A DNA stretch of 64,000 nucleotides from a virus (lineage: Duplodnaviria > Caudoviricetes), in IMG/VR virus record IMGVR_UViG_3300013383_000031, positions 7,550 through 71,549 of that record. The stretch is one strand, 5' to 3'. The position numbers and the translations under genes are program-made. The first letter of the stretch is position 1, and the number at the start of each line of letters is the position of its first letter. The notes under the pieces are model-generated. The model searched no databases. It saw nothing but the letters and a program-made list of their open reading frames with translations, and was not told the DNA's origin. Shown here piece after piece: positions 19,425 through 30,432 of this stretch.

Positions 19425-22400
19425 GTGATAATGTAATTGAAACTACGAGCTGGGAGAATGATGAAGTAGCGTACAATGTATTCAGAGCTAAGTATGCTAA
19501 GGACGACAAAGAAACTCCGAGACAGTTCTGTAAACGAGTAGCTAGTATTTGTAATGAAGATATTAGAGGTACTGTTGAGGGGTTGCTTGCTAGTGGTACA
19601 TTCTTTTTCGGTGGACGCACATTATATCTAGCAGGTAGAAGAGATGAAGTGAATGCTGCAGGTAGTAACTGCTATGTAGTACCGATTGAAGGAGATACTA
19701 TTGAAGATATTTACGACGCTAATAAACACATGGCACGAATCTTTAGTAAAGGTGGTGGAGTCGGCACTGATATATCTATTCTTCGACCTCGTGGAGCAAA
19801 GGTTAACAATGCGGCGAAGAGTTCAACTGGTGCTGTTTCGTTTCTTGATTTGTTTAATGAGACTGGTGAAGTAATTAGTCAGCACGGTAGACGTGGAGCA
19901 ACTATGGTATCTATTGATTGTTCCCATCCTGATGTAGAAGAATTGCTTGACATCAAGATGAAAGGTGATAGACTGAAGTCTATGAACGTGTCAATCAAGT
20001 TTGATGATAAGTTTATGGAAGCAGTGGACTGCGATAAAGAATACAAGCTACACTTCGATGTCGAATCTACTGGCGAGCATATTGAGAAAACAATTAAGGC
20101 ACGTGAGTTCTTTAAGAAATTCTGTGAATGTCAGTGGAACTGGGGTGACCCTGGGGCATTGTTCATTGATAGACTAAAAGAATATAATTTGCTTAGTGGG
20201 TACGAGGACTTCCATATTCTTACCACTAACCCATGCGTAAGAGGTAACACATTAATCCTGACTAAGTTTGGGTATGAACCAATTGACACGCTGGTCGGTA
20301 AAGAAATAGAAGTATGGAATGGTAAGGAATGGAGTAAGGTAGTCCCGAAATGCACTGGCGTTAATCAGCCAATGATGACTATTAAATTTTCTGATGGTAC
20401 TTCTGTAGATTGTACTCCGTATCATAAGTGGATTATTGCTGACGGTACTAGAGTAAAAGCAGAAAACCTTACAGTTGGTACTAAGATGAGTAAGTTTAAA
20501 CTTCCAGTGATTGTAGGTAATGAAGTAAGTATTGATGAAACTGGTAGTCAGATGTATACTCAAGGTGTGTATGCTGGCGACGGAACAACAGGTTCGAGAA
20601 CGGTTTGTTTGTATCCTGGTAAGAAACATTTAGTCAACTATATGGATTGCGAACACGTTAGAGATGATGGTATGAAAGATACGGTGTATGTTCCTAAGGG
20701 ATTACTACATGAAAAGTGGTATGTCCCTATGGTCGAAGCAACGGTACAGAATCGGTTAGATTTCTTGGCTGGGTTGATTGATACTGATGGTACTAGAAAC
20801 AGTATTGACGGTTCAATTTCTATCTCAAGTATAGATAAGAGATTCTTAGATAACGTTAGATTAATGTTGACTACACTAGGCGTTCGTTCTACACTGAGTG
20901 TTATGACGATAGAAAAAGATAAACTTATGCCAGATGGGCATGGCGGTAAGAAACAGTGTCATTGTGCAACTTGCTTTAGATTAACAATTGCAGCTTGGTA
21001 CGTAAACAAATTAAACAAACTTGGTTTACATACACACCGTGTAGATACTGAATGCCACCCTAACCGTGACGCTTCTAGATTTGTAACTGTAATTTCTATT
21101 TCTGAAGCACCAATGGCAGATAAAGTTTATTGCATGACTGAACCAAAGAACCATACCTTTATTGCTAACGGTATGCTGACAGGTAACTGCGGAGAGCAAC
21201 CATTCGCACCATGGGGTTCATGTAATCTTGGTAGTATTAATCTTGCTAAGTTTGTTCATGGGGTACGACAGGAATTTGATTGGTCATGGTTTAGGACAGT
21301 CGTACACACAGCTGTTCGTGCATTGAATGACGCACTGGATTATTCGTATGACAAACAACCGTACGAAGAAAACAGGGAATACATTAGAAGGTGGAGACCG
21401 ATTGGGTTAGGTGTGTTTGGGTATGCTGATATGCTGGTTGAGTTGGGGCTTGAGTATGGTAGTGATGAAGCACTTGAGTTTACTGATAAGTTATTTAATA
21501 CTCTGATTAATGAAGCCGTGAAGCAGTCGGCGTGGCTGTGCTCTGACTACTTCAATACCTTTGGTGCTTATGATTATCAGAAGACCGCTAAGTCTCCGCT
21601 GTTCCAGTCTCTTGATGATGATACTAAAGATACCGTTAAGAAATATGGATTGCTTAATGGTCAGCTGATTAGTGTTGCACCGACAGGTAGTATTAGTTTG
21701 TTGGCTGGCAGATATACTGGCGGTTGTGAACCAATCTATAAGTTATTCTACGAAAGAACTACACATAAACTGGAAGACGAAGGTAAAACATTCAGAGTAT
21801 ACGCTAAGTCTATCGAAGACTTGCTAAACAGAAACGAATTATCTTTGGACTTGCCAGCTGAGGATATCAAAAAGATGTTCCCGTTTGTGAAAGAATCTCA
21901 TGATGTGGAACCAATTAGACGTGTACTCACACAGTCTACTATGCAGAGACACGTTGATAACTCTATTAGTTCTACTGTAAACTTACCAGAGTCTGCAACT
22001 CCTGATGATATCTTCGCTGTCTATGACGCCGCATGGCAGGCAGGGTGCAAAGGTATCACAGTGTTCAGAGATAATTGTGCCCGTGGTAATATTTTAGGTT
22101 TAACTAAAAAAGAAGAGAAACCAGTTATCTTACATGATAGTTTGAAACCTGAAAAGCGTGGGGACATTGGCACACTGACAGGTAAAACCTACACTAAGAA
22201 GATGGATGATGGTACTAAGTTATACGTCACTATTAACTGGAAGGATGGCAAACTCTTTGAACTCTTTGTAAACAGTGAACGACACAAGGATGAAGTCGAT
22301 GGTATCACTCGATTGATTTCGTTGGCTATGAGATGTGGCGTAAGTATTGATTCTATTATCAGTCAGTTGTTTAAACTGAACGTAGATAGTGTAGGGTTTG

Positions 22401-22582
22401 CAGTTGGCAATGCATTGAACGACGCTTATACATTAGATACGCACGAACCAGTGGTACAGGAAGTAGAAGTAGAAGAGAAAGAAACTACTATGGAATGTCC
22501 AGAATGTCATAGTAAGAACGTGAAACTTACTGGTCATTGCTGGCAGTGTGACGAATGCGGTGCGTCGGGGTGTGCTATGTAA
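19421..22582 (+). CDS. nrdJ: Class II (B12-dependent) ribonucleotide reductase with intein, C-terminal TSCPD-like domain and Zn ribbon
   Basis: FGGR, SNCYV, GGGVG, RRGA, NP|CGEQ, CNLGSINL, RPIGLGVFG, VAPTGSIS, KGITVFR; C-terminal CPEC...CWQCDECG. Confidence 0.95.
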   Translation: MSDNVIETTSWENDEVAYNVFRAKYAKDDKETPRQFCKRVASICNEDIRGTVEGLLASGTFFFGGRTLYLAGRRDEVNAAGSNCYVVPIEGDTIEDIYDANKHMARIFSKGGGVGTDISILRPRGAKVNNAAKSSTGAVSFLDLFNETGEVISQHGRRGATMVSIDCSHPDVEELLDIKMKGDRLKSMNVSIKFDDKFMEAVDCDKEYKLHFDVESTGEHIEKTIKAREFFKKFCECQWNWGDPGALFIDRLKEYNLLSGYEDFHILTTNPCVRGNTLILTKFGYEPIDTLVGKEIEVWNGKEWSKVVPKCTGVNQPMMTIKFSDGTSVDCTPYHKWIIADGTRVKAENLTVGTKMSKFKLPVIVGNEVSIDETGSQMYTQGVYAGDGTTGSRTVCLYPGKKHLVNYMDCEHVRDDGMKDTVYVPKGLLHEKWYVPMVEATVQNRLDFLAGLIDTDGTRNSIDGSISISSIDKRFLDNVRLMLTTLGVRSTLSVMTIEKDKLMPDGHGGKKQCHCATCFRLTIAAWYVNKLNKLGLHTHRVDTECHPNRDASRFVTVISISEAPMADKVYCMTEPKNHTFIANGMLTGNCGEQPFAPWGSCNLGSINLAKFVHGVRQEFDWSWFRTVVHTAVRALNDALDYSYDKQPYEENREYIRRWRPIGLGVFGYADMLVELGLEYGSDEALEFTDKLFNTLINEAVKQSAWLCSDYFNTFGAYDYQKTAKSPLFQSLDDDTKDTVKKYGLLNGQLISVAPTGSISLLAGRYTGGCEPIYKLFYERTTHKLEDEGKTFRVYAKSIEDLLNRNELSLDLPAEDIKKMFPFVKESHDVEPIRRVLTQSTMQRHVDNSISSTVNLPESATPDDIFAVYDAAWQAGCKGITVFRDNCARGNILGLTKKEEKPVILHDSLKPEKRGDIGTLTGKTYTKKMDDGTKLYVTINWKDGKLFELFVNSERHKDEVDGITRLISLAMRCGVSIDSIISQLFKLNVDSVGFAVGNALNDAYTLDTHEPVVQEVEVEEKETTMECPECHSKNVKLTGHCWQCDECGASGCAM
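20234..21187 (+). mobile_element. Intein (318 aa) with LAGLIDADG homing endonuclease in RNR
   Basis: Starts CVRGNTLILT, ends HTFIANGMLTGN followed by the extein Cys of CGEQ; LAGLIDADG blocks QGVYAGDG and FLAGLIDTDG. Confidence 0.95.
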
Positions 22583-22585
22583 GGG

Positions 22586-23044
22586 GTGATTGCTTTGGCG
22601 AAAGGGCCTAACACAGTTAAGTTTATGAACCGCATGATAGAAGAGTATCGTGCAGGGAAACTTAATGACAAACAAGTGTGTGCTAGTATCAGAAGAATCA
22701 CCAACCTAAACGAAAAGCAATGTGCCTATTGTAATACACGAATAGCACTGAAGATGTACAACAAAATGCCAATGGACTATTTGTGTATGGAACCGTGCGA
22801 CCCTAGTGCTGAAGAAGTTTTGATTGAGGAAGAAGATAGGAAGGTACTTAATGCTTTCCTATCTAAACTCAAACAAGATTATTCTGACTGGGAAGATAGG
22901 TTGAATGATTCAAGTAGAGAAAGATATGAACAGTGGATTGTAAACATTAGATGTGACATTCTAGCTGGCAAGTATGGTAAAGACATAAGACAATATATGG
23001 AGGACATATGGCTACACAGGAAAAGATTATTCAAGACACTTTGA
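22586..23044 (+). CDS. Hypothetical helical protein, weak resemblance to a sigma-factor region 3-4 linker
   Basis: DPSAEEVLIEEEDRKVLNAFLSKL; no clear sigma2 or HTH. Confidence 0.3.
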   Translation: MIALAKGPNTVKFMNRMIEEYRAGKLNDKQVCASIRRITNLNEKQCAYCNTRIALKMYNKMPMDYLCMEPCDPSAEEVLIEEEDRKVLNAFLSKLKQDYSDWEDRLNDSSRERYEQWIVNIRCDILAGKYGKDIRQYMEDIWLHRKRLFKTL

Positions 23045-23811
23045 AACAGCACGTTATGAAGTGTAGAGTTGAAGGGGACTTTGGTTATCTAGCAGTCCTG
23101 TCTGATATTCACGAAGGACTAAATGATAGGAGCTATTTTCAGAAAGAGGTAGAGTTCTTAAACAATTTACCCGACAACGTTAAGGTTATTATTGGCGGTG
23201 ATTCTACTAACACCGTAACAAGAAACAGTAAGGGTACTGTAATAGAAGAAACGTTGAGCGGCGATAAACAAATCTATGCATTGGTTGATGATATTAAACC
23301 ATTGTATGATAGTGGTAAGTTGTTAGGTATTATATCTGGCAACCATCCTGATAGAGTGTATAGTGATACGTTCATTAGTATTGAAGGTGTGGTCGCCTCG
23401 CTACTGGGAGATAGAAATTTATATAAGGGTAGCCAAGGTATTGTGTACTTCAATGTTAATAAGAACTGTTATGTACATTATATCCTACACAAACATATTG
23501 TAAGACAAGACGCCTATGATTACTTTAATGCTGATTGTGTATGGAAAGAACACAGACACGCACCATCTGCAACACCGAAGATTAATATTCAACATAACTT
23601 ATTTGCTAAGTGTCCAGTAGTTCGTACAACATGGGAGATTAAACAACCATCGTTCCAAGCGTACCCCGATTACATTAAGAAGAATGGGGGTAGACCACTA
23701 CCAATGGGGTACTTTATCTGTCAGATGAGTGGTGATACAAAGAATAGATTTATGAACCCAATGTGGAATGAACAATTCAAACTTGCAATGGACGCTGGTA
23801 TGACTGTATAG
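23008..23811 (+). CDS. Calcineurin-like metallophosphoesterase
   Basis: LSDIHEG, IGGDSTN, SGNH, HKH/HRH metal-binding motifs. Confidence 0.85.
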   Translation: MATQEKIIQDTLKQHVMKCRVEGDFGYLAVLSDIHEGLNDRSYFQKEVEFLNNLPDNVKVIIGGDSTNTVTRNSKGTVIEETLSGDKQIYALVDDIKPLYDSGKLLGIISGNHPDRVYSDTFISIEGVVASLLGDRNLYKGSQGIVYFNVNKNCYVHYILHKHIVRQDAYDYFNADCVWKEHRHAPSATPKINIQHNLFAKCPVVRTTWEIKQPSFQAYPDYIKKNGGRPLPMGYFICQMSGDTKNRFMNPMWNEQFKLAMDAGMTV

Positions 23812-23822
23812 GGGGTGATGAA

Positions 23823-24332
23823 TTGTCAGAGAAGCTAACACCAATGCAAGAATATAGTCGGAGTAACTTCAATCACAAGAAAGGTAAGGCAGGACGGAGA
23901 GGTAATAGTTATAGTAGACCAGTAACTGATAAGGATATACAAGTAGTTCAACAGGTGACATCTGGAGTACCTATCACACATGCTCGTAAGTCCGTGGGTC
24001 TGTCGGGTAGTTCACTAACTAAGACGCAGAAAGAATTAATTGAAGGGCAACAGGAAGTTATGAGACAAAGGTTCTTAGAGGATAGCGAAATGATTTATGA
24101 GAACCTAAAAGATTTAGCTTTCAATGCTCGTTCAGAATTAGTTAGATTTAATGCTAGTAAAGATATCTTAGACCGAGCTGGACTTGCAGCACCTGATAAG
24201 AGAGAGGTAACTGAAAACAAATTTATTAGTACAGATAGTAAGATTACATATGATTTATTACAACGATTCAAAGCGTTAGAACTAGAGGGTGATAAGAACA
24301 ACCCGAATATCACGACGATAGAAAACGAGTAA
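23823..24332 (+). CDS. Terminase small subunit-like protein
   Basis: HTH-like N-half and LAFNARSELVRFNASKDILDRAG motif typical of TerS-like proteins; TTG start with GGGGGTGA SD. Confidence 0.55.
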   Translation: MSEKLTPMQEYSRSNFNHKKGKAGRRGNSYSRPVTDKDIQVVQQVTSGVPITHARKSVGLSGSSLTKTQKELIEGQQEVMRQRFLEDSEMIYENLKDLAFNARSELVRFNASKDILDRAGLAAPDKREVTENKFISTDSKITYDLLQRFKALELEGDKNNPNITTIENE

Positions 24333-24370
24333 AAAAAAGGACGTAGCCCTAATGAGTTACGTCCTTTTTT
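24331..24370. terminator. Bidirectional terminator between convergent blocks
   Basis: A8-GGACGTAGC...GTTACGTCC-T6. Confidence 0.85.
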
Positions 24371-25956
24371 AATGTACAAAATGGATACCAAAAACGTCCA
24401 AGGTTTGACCAGTTCCAATCACTACCACAGTATTCGTAATAAGCAAGTAAGAATATGGTTGCTTGTAGTTTTAATCTACTGAATGGAATGTCTACCATAC
24501 TAGCTAGACGTTCCAAACTATAGTCACCGTTGTGTAGTACGACCGTCTGTATGTATGCACGGAATAAATATTCCCAGTAATCATACCCTCTAACTTTTGG
24601 TTTGGGGTTAGCACGTATCCAATCTTCTGACATCTTCGCAACGGCAAATACAAAATCAGTTGAATAAATATCTGTACCAAAATATTGTGATGTGTTTATG
24701 CTACCATCCTCAAGATAACTAAGGATATGAGAAGGTAAATTACCCACACGATATTGTCCATCTTTTTTATCTCCATCAATAATACTGTCGGCTATCACAG
24801 ACTTCCATTGCATTTGTTCTAGCCTATACCTATCGTAACTATTCTCCATAATTAGAGCAAACACTTCAGTGGTTTCTGTCTGTCCGTGTCTTGCACATCT
24901 AGCTATTGCTTGCTCGTAGATTCCTTTAGTCCATGGAAACTCAGTAAACACTACACGATGTGAACGAATTAGATTTAAACCACAAGCAGCACATGCTAAT
25001 GAGCAAAGAATAATATCAACTTGTCCATTAACAAACGCTTGTACGCTTTGTTCTTTTTCTTTATACGTCATGCCACCATACAGTACAGCACTATTAGGGA
25101 ACACAATGTGTAGTACGTCTATCATCGTCCTATGATTAGCAAACACAACCAACGGTTCATGGTGGGTATCATAATCCTTTTTAATCCAATCAACCACTAA
25201 AGGTATCTTGCGTTTCATAATCTCGTTCTCTACGTTTTGAATGTTGGTAATACTAACCGAAGATAAAGGACGGTTAGAAAAATTTCCTAATGATACTTCT
25301 GTTTGTTTGACTGGCATATTGGGCCGTCTAATATCGCAACGTTGACGGCGACAAATAAATGGTTGAATCTTTTCATGAAGTTCATCTAAGTGAGCAAAGT
25401 CACTAAAGAATATAGCGTTGTCTCTTTCGACATAGGGAATGTATCGTTTAGTGTACGCTTCGATACCACCGAACTCAGCAAGTTTACCACCAACGTACAA
25501 TAAGCCCAACAAATCGTTAGGCCTATTAAGTATTGGTGTACCAGTTAACATCATAGGGTTACCTACTTTATCAACTAGTCTTTTTGATTCATATGTTCTT
25601 CCAGCGTATACGTTTTTGATAGCATGTGCCTCGTCAAATATTACCCCCTTAAAATTATACACATAATCCCCAATCAAATCAATCATACGTCCTACTCTCT
25701 CATAGTTAGTCACAATAATATTACCAGTGTAGACATCTGGTTTTACTACTATGTTTAACCAATCATTGATTTCACGACACCAGTTTGTTTTTAAAGATGA
25801 AGGACACACAACAATGAAATGATTATTGGTTGTTTGTCTCATGTACTCGATTGCTTGTGCAGTCTTTCCCATACCCATATCATCTGCTTGTATAAATGTG
25901 TCCTTCCTCTTCATAAGTTCAACGCCATCTAGTTGGTATTGGAATAACGCTGGCAA
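24349..25956 (-). CDS. SNF2/HARP-family helicase
   Basis: ADDMGMGKT, VVCPSSLK, FDEAH, LTGTPILN, SLACAACGLNL, QAIARCARHGQ. Confidence 0.92.
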   Translation of the reverse strand: MPALFQYQLDGVELMKRKDTFIQADDMGMGKTAQAIEYMRQTTNNHFIVVCPSSLKTNWCREINDWLNIVVKPDVYTGNIIVTNYERVGRMIDLIGDYVYNFKGVIFDEAHAIKNVYAGRTYESKRLVDKVGNPMMLTGTPILNRPNDLLGLLYVGGKLAEFGGIEAYTKRYIPYVERDNAIFFSDFAHLDELHEKIQPFICRRQRCDIRRPNMPVKQTEVSLGNFSNRPLSSVSITNIQNVENEIMKRKIPLVVDWIKKDYDTHHEPLVVFANHRTMIDVLHIVFPNSAVLYGGMTYKEKEQSVQAFVNGQVDIILCSLACAACGLNLIRSHRVVFTEFPWTKGIYEQAIARCARHGQTETTEVFALIMENSYDRYRLEQMQWKSVIADSIIDGDKKDGQYRVGNLPSHILSYLEDGSINTSQYFGTDIYSTDFVFAVAKMSEDWIRANPKPKVRGYDYWEYLFRAYIQTVVLHNGDYSLERLASMVDIPFSRLKLQATIFLLAYYEYCGSDWNWSNLGRFWYPFCTLKKDVTH

Positions 25957-28566
25957 TTAGCAAGCGTAGCAGACGTAAGAATCAGAAGTATCGGTATCAT
26001 CATCTTCGTCGGTTGTGCAACTAGTGTCTACGTTACTTACATCTACTTCATCTTCGATGGGGTGACTTTCAGCTAATGCGCCAATGAAACTTCTATCGTT
26101 TAACAAATCGGCATATCCTTTTGTAGCTGCTCTGTCTTTAATCATATCAAAAGTAATTGGGTTATCTAATGTTGCTTCTGTAGATAGTTCAGTCAAGACA
26201 TCTACGAACTGAATAATACTATGCATACGGTCAATACGGAGCGTACTTGCAAACGCTCTAATCTCTACGGTAGCAGAGTTACACAGATTGACTACACAAT
26301 AATGCTCAGACGAATCACAGTAATCACGGTACAAACTTTGCATAGCTTTATTTGGGTCGTTGTAGTCCTGTAATTTGTGCTGCATTGCTCTTTGTGTCTG
26401 TAGTGGAGTAAGGTATCTATGTGTCCATCTGTCAAACATGTCACTAGTTCTGTTTGCGTAAATTCTAAGTGCTTCCCTATTGATATCACAGAATGCAATC
26501 AAGTTAGCAATCTTTTCGATACCACCGTTATCTTCCCAATACTTCTTTGATACATGGACATGAATACCGCTACCACTTCTAGCACGATATCCAAGAGATG
26601 ATAACCTAGATAATACAGTACCCCACAGGTTATTCAAGTGCCAGCTTACACTACATGGGTGGGACACAAGTTCCATACCACTACGCAAAGAACCATCATG
26701 TTTAGCATAGAGTTCTTCTTGTCCGTCACATACAGTACGAGCGTTGGAGTCTGATTCGCCACCGTCCATTACCTCTAGTTCTATGCCAAAGAACTTATTG
26801 GTATCTTCAGTTTCGTTTTTGAAAAACGACGGGGACGGTTTATAGAAATAACTATGAATAGAACGGCAATACTTCGATTCAATAGAATAGCCTTCTTCAG
26901 TTAGGCGAAGTATAAGGTTACCGTCATTGTTACCGTTAAGTTCCCATTCTTTTGTATCGGAGTTCCAATGGGCGTAGTCGTCGATGAAACCTTCATCACC
27001 ATCTAAGTCGGCACGTACCCACCATCTGTTTAGTGTATACGTCTGTGGCCCAACTCTACGGAGTTCCTCACTCTTAATGGTTAATATCTCACCGTTGTTT
27101 AACACGATATTGAGTCCTTCTGGTTCGTCTGCATGGTTGATACAGCGGTCGCACAACTGCAGTTTAAGACGTTCACCATCAGCAAAATAGATGAGGTAAT
27201 ACTTACTAGTCCAAACGGACTTTCCGTGACAAATAGGACATTCCTGATATTCTACAGTGCTAATATGTGTGTATCTATCCGCAGTAACCCGTGCATAAGA
27301 GCTAGGAATATATACCGACTGGCTTTCGTCAATCCACGCTTTATTACGATAGTCCCAAAGCAACTTTCTACCGCTATAAACCAACGGTGTACTATCGTAC
27401 ATATCGAACGGGAAATGGTTTAACATGTAGAAAGCAACATCACTATCATCGATGTATGTGTAAGTTTTGTTGCCGTCATCGTCAACTTCCATAATCCTAA
27501 GTAAGTTAGGTTTCAGTTCACCGTTTACGTCAGTAAAACAAGTCATGAGTCTATCTTGCGTCGTTGGAATACCTCTGAACGTAACTGGTCTACCTGTAGA
27601 GGTGTCAGTAGGTATAGAAGCTGAAGAATAGCAGTCACGATAAACTGTTGCGTTAGTGTTTGGGTCGATACTGTTTTGTACATCAGAACAGTAACTTGAA
27701 GCTGTGTCTGAAAAAGCTGGAGACGTTGGAGACTTGAAATACCTCGTCCAAGTATTACCGAATACATCGGGATACACTGGAGTAAGAGTGTAGTACGGCT
27801 CATCGTTATCGCTATCGTGGTGTAAAACTAACTGCCCATACAATGCAGCGTTAGGGAAGTGTTGTAAACGTTCCTTACTACCGTGACGGTCTATTTCTTG
27901 CATACAGAATGGGGTCATGTTGATATAGCTATCGTCTTCTCTGAACGGGAATCGAGAGTTATAGAACGTACCAACTGGAACTGTAACATTTTCTGGGCAA
28001 CCAAGAGGTGGACGTACTAACACATTCTGACCTTTGAGTACTGTTGTCCAATAGGAACGTGGAGATAAGTCTCTAAGGTCGTTAGTATCACATTCTCTAC
28101 ATACCACCTCACAACTAGGAGCTTCATCAGAGATGACAACTTCTACACTGTTACCATCGTTTTTTAAGTATATCCAACGGCCATTAGTATCTCTTGCTAC
28201 AGTGTTAAGCCATTTATCAAAACCAATAGAATTAGCTGGCATTTGACTTGCTGGTGTTGGTGTTGTATCGGGGAAGTTATTATACCGAAAATACCGCTGA
28301 CGAATCATTTCACTAGCGAAGAATGGCCAGTTGTGGTTGTATTCATCTTCGGTACACCAAATGATGTTATCTGGAAGTTCACGATACAACTGATTCAAAT
28401 AAGAATTAAACCCGAAAATGATTGCTTTTACGTTGCTAGTTAAAAACCCATAATCTGTATATCTTACTCGAACACCAATAAGTTTGTTATGTCTTGCGTT
28501 TCTGCGAGCCATTCTAGTGGCACGGTGCATAATGACATCTTCTCTAAATGCACAACATCTAGGCAT
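25957..28566 (-). CDS. Large protein with C-terminal amidoligase (COOH-NH2 ligase type 2) domain
   Basis: FGIELEV, KHDGSL, MELVSHP, GIHVHVS, HYCVVNL, TVEIRAF; about 570-aa unknown N-terminal region containing CxxC pairs. Confidence 0.85.
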   Translation of the reverse strand: MPRCCAFREDVIMHRATRMARRNARHNKLIGVRVRYTDYGFLTSNVKAIIFGFNSYLNQLYRELPDNIIWCTEDEYNHNWPFFASEMIRQRYFRYNNFPDTTPTPASQMPANSIGFDKWLNTVARDTNGRWIYLKNDGNSVEVVISDEAPSCEVVCRECDTNDLRDLSPRSYWTTVLKGQNVLVRPPLGCPENVTVPVGTFYNSRFPFREDDSYINMTPFCMQEIDRHGSKERLQHFPNAALYGQLVLHHDSDNDEPYYTLTPVYPDVFGNTWTRYFKSPTSPAFSDTASSYCSDVQNSIDPNTNATVYRDCYSSASIPTDTSTGRPVTFRGIPTTQDRLMTCFTDVNGELKPNLLRIMEVDDDGNKTYTYIDDSDVAFYMLNHFPFDMYDSTPLVYSGRKLLWDYRNKAWIDESQSVYIPSSYARVTADRYTHISTVEYQECPICHGKSVWTSKYYLIYFADGERLKLQLCDRCINHADEPEGLNIVLNNGEILTIKSEELRRVGPQTYTLNRWWVRADLDGDEGFIDDYAHWNSDTKEWELNGNNDGNLILRLTEEGYSIESKYCRSIHSYFYKPSPSFFKNETEDTNKFFGIELEVMDGGESDSNARTVCDGQEELYAKHDGSLRSGMELVSHPCSVSWHLNNLWGTVLSRLSSLGYRARSGSGIHVHVSKKYWEDNGGIEKIANLIAFCDINREALRIYANRTSDMFDRWTHRYLTPLQTQRAMQHKLQDYNDPNKAMQSLYRDYCDSSEHYCVVNLCNSATVEIRAFASTLRIDRMHSIIQFVDVLTELSTEATLDNPITFDMIKDRAATKGYADLLNDRSFIGALAESHPIEDEVDVSNVDTSCTTDEDDDTDTSDSYVCYAC

Positions 28567-28585
28567 TATGTTATCTCCCTTCTAA

Positions 28586-29659
28586 TTAAAACGAATCAGA
28601 TGTTACGTCATCAAACTGAACATCAGATATGGAAATATCTACTGGTACATCACGAACTGCTGTTTTGCTTCTCCAAAAATCGTGTGTTGTTTTACCATCG
28701 TACAGGTTGTAGAACGGATATGCGAGTTCATCAACGTATGCTATACATTCTACGTTGAACGTCATCTTTTTATCTTCGATTCCTGTAATAGACACGTCCA
28801 TGGCGTAAATATTACATTCTTCTAAGTTATCTACGATGAAGTTCTCGTAGTCTTTAGTGGTATACTTTACAATATGTTCGTTGGTAGGGTCAATAGTAAC
28901 ACTAGTAGTAAAACTGGCACATACGTTTGTAGCATTAACCTCTACAGTAGAAGTCGCTTTACTTTTCGTTGTGCTAGACGTAGTGTTGTGGTTGGTGTTA
29001 TTGTGGGAGTGATAGTATCCAGAATCATCGTAGTATCCCCACAGTGAACCGCACCCGTAGTTTTTCCACGCACTTTTATCATAGGAATAAGAGGCGTTAG
29101 AATACTTTGCACCACTCTTCTGACTAGTTAGGAATTTACCCATAGTAATAACTTCTCTACTATCCATGATAGCCATACGGTCACCATCAATAGTGGACTC
29201 AATCATTACATCAATAATCGGGTCAAACAAATCAACATTAGTTTTGAGAAGGTGGTCTAATACTTCTTTACCGAATACCATTGTATCGGAATACGGAGAT
29301 TTCAGACCTTCTTTAGGTGTATAGTCGGTCAGTACACCATTGTGTGCATACGCTACAGGAACAACGATATCCTGTTTCATCATTGTTTTGTAGTCGTCTA
29401 CAATCGGGAATGGGTGACAACAAGCACCACTTACACGGCCCGATGTTGCAATTCTGAAGTGGATAACTCTATCAACATTAGTCGGTAAAGTTTTCAAGAA
29501 TTTGAACAAGGCTTTCTGTTGCATAAAGCCTTTACGAATGTGTACGTTGTCTCCTTCTTGCCACATAACGCCAGCACCATCGGGATTGTTTTTAAAACAA
29601 CGTTTTAACTCAGTGTTGTTGAAGGGGAGACCCTTCGGATAAACTGCGATAACACACAT
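28586..29659 (-). CDS. Class II (Ntn) glutamine amidotransferase
   Basis: Start re-assigned to MCVIAV (catalytic Cys2; SD GAAAGGA 8 nt upstream); NNPDGAG, HFRIATSG, CHPF, AHNG, DT. Confidence 0.88.
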   Translation of the reverse strand: MCVIAVYPKGLPFNNTELKRCFKNNPDGAGVMWQEGDNVHIRKGFMQQKALFKFLKTLPTNVDRVIHFRIATSGRVSGACCHPFPIVDDYKTMMKQDIVVPVAYAHNGVLTDYTPKEGLKSPYSDTMVFGKEVLDHLLKTNVDLFDPIIDVMIESTIDGDRMAIMDSREVITMGKFLTSQKSGAKYSNASYSYDKSAWKNYGCGSLWGYYDDSGYYHSHNNTNHNTTSSTTKSKATSTVEVNATNVCASFTTSVTIDPTNEHIVKYTTKDYENFIVDNLEECNIYAMDVSITGIEDKKMTFNVECIAYVDELAYPFYNLYDGKTTHDFWRSKTAVRDVPVDISISDVQFDDVTSDSF

Positions 29660-29846
29660 AGGCATGTTCCTTTCTGCTACTTTAGTAGCAAACAACTACC
29701 CCTATCTAAATTAATGGGGCTATTAGTATGTACAACCGAAGTTGTACACACTCAATAGACTCACTAATCGTCTATAAGGTAACGTTTAAATGTCACCTAC
29801 TTCAATAGTCAAGTTGGCGGTTCTCATTTTTAACGCTTCCTTCAAA

Positions 29847-30422
29847 TTAAACATGTCGTTTTCCTTTCAGTGTATCAATACGTTCCAAAATACGGTCACG
29901 TTGTTCTTCTAATTCAGCTAGTTCTTTAGCAATTTTAGCTTGTTTAATGCTTTCATCGCTATGAATAAAGTCCCTACTATTGAGCATTGAGTATACGTCA
30001 TGTATAAAATCAGGGTTTTTAGGATTACGTTGACCGTTCCACCCAACAGCTAGAGTGGCGTCATCTAATGGGAAGTGAACATGTACGCTACCGTTCGGGC
30101 GACTTTCATCATATATGATTTCGGTAACTATTCCCAAACCGTGAATAGGACTATATACCATTTCTCCTCTTGACAACCTACCAGCTGGTGCAAATCTAGT
30201 AACCGAAGATATTTCACTATATCCAAGTGCTTTGAGAGTTTCTTCATACGTATTAGCGTCTGGGTTAACCATCCATTCGTCACCATTCTCGTCATAGCAT
30301 TTTTGACAGAATGAGAATAGTACATCGAATTTGTCAGACAAATAATGATGACTGTATACAATTCCCATACCATAGGCTTTAGTCCAAACGATTTGCCCTA
30401 TTTCAAGTTTATCGTGTCCCAT
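29847..30422 (-). CDS. Hypothetical protein with two repeated SH3-like beta domains and coiled C-terminus
   Basis: GQIVWTKAYGMGIV and GEMVYSPIHGLGIV internal repeat. Confidence 0.65.
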   Translation of the reverse strand: MGHDKLEIGQIVWTKAYGMGIVYSHHYLSDKFDVLFSFCQKCYDENGDEWMVNPDANTYEETLKALGYSEISSVTRFAPAGRLSRGEMVYSPIHGLGIVTEIIYDESRPNGSVHVHFPLDDATLAVGWNGQRNPKNPDFIHDVYSMLNSRDFIHSDESIKQAKIAKELAELEEQRDRILERIDTLKGKRHV

Positions 30423-30432
30423 CGTTTACCCC

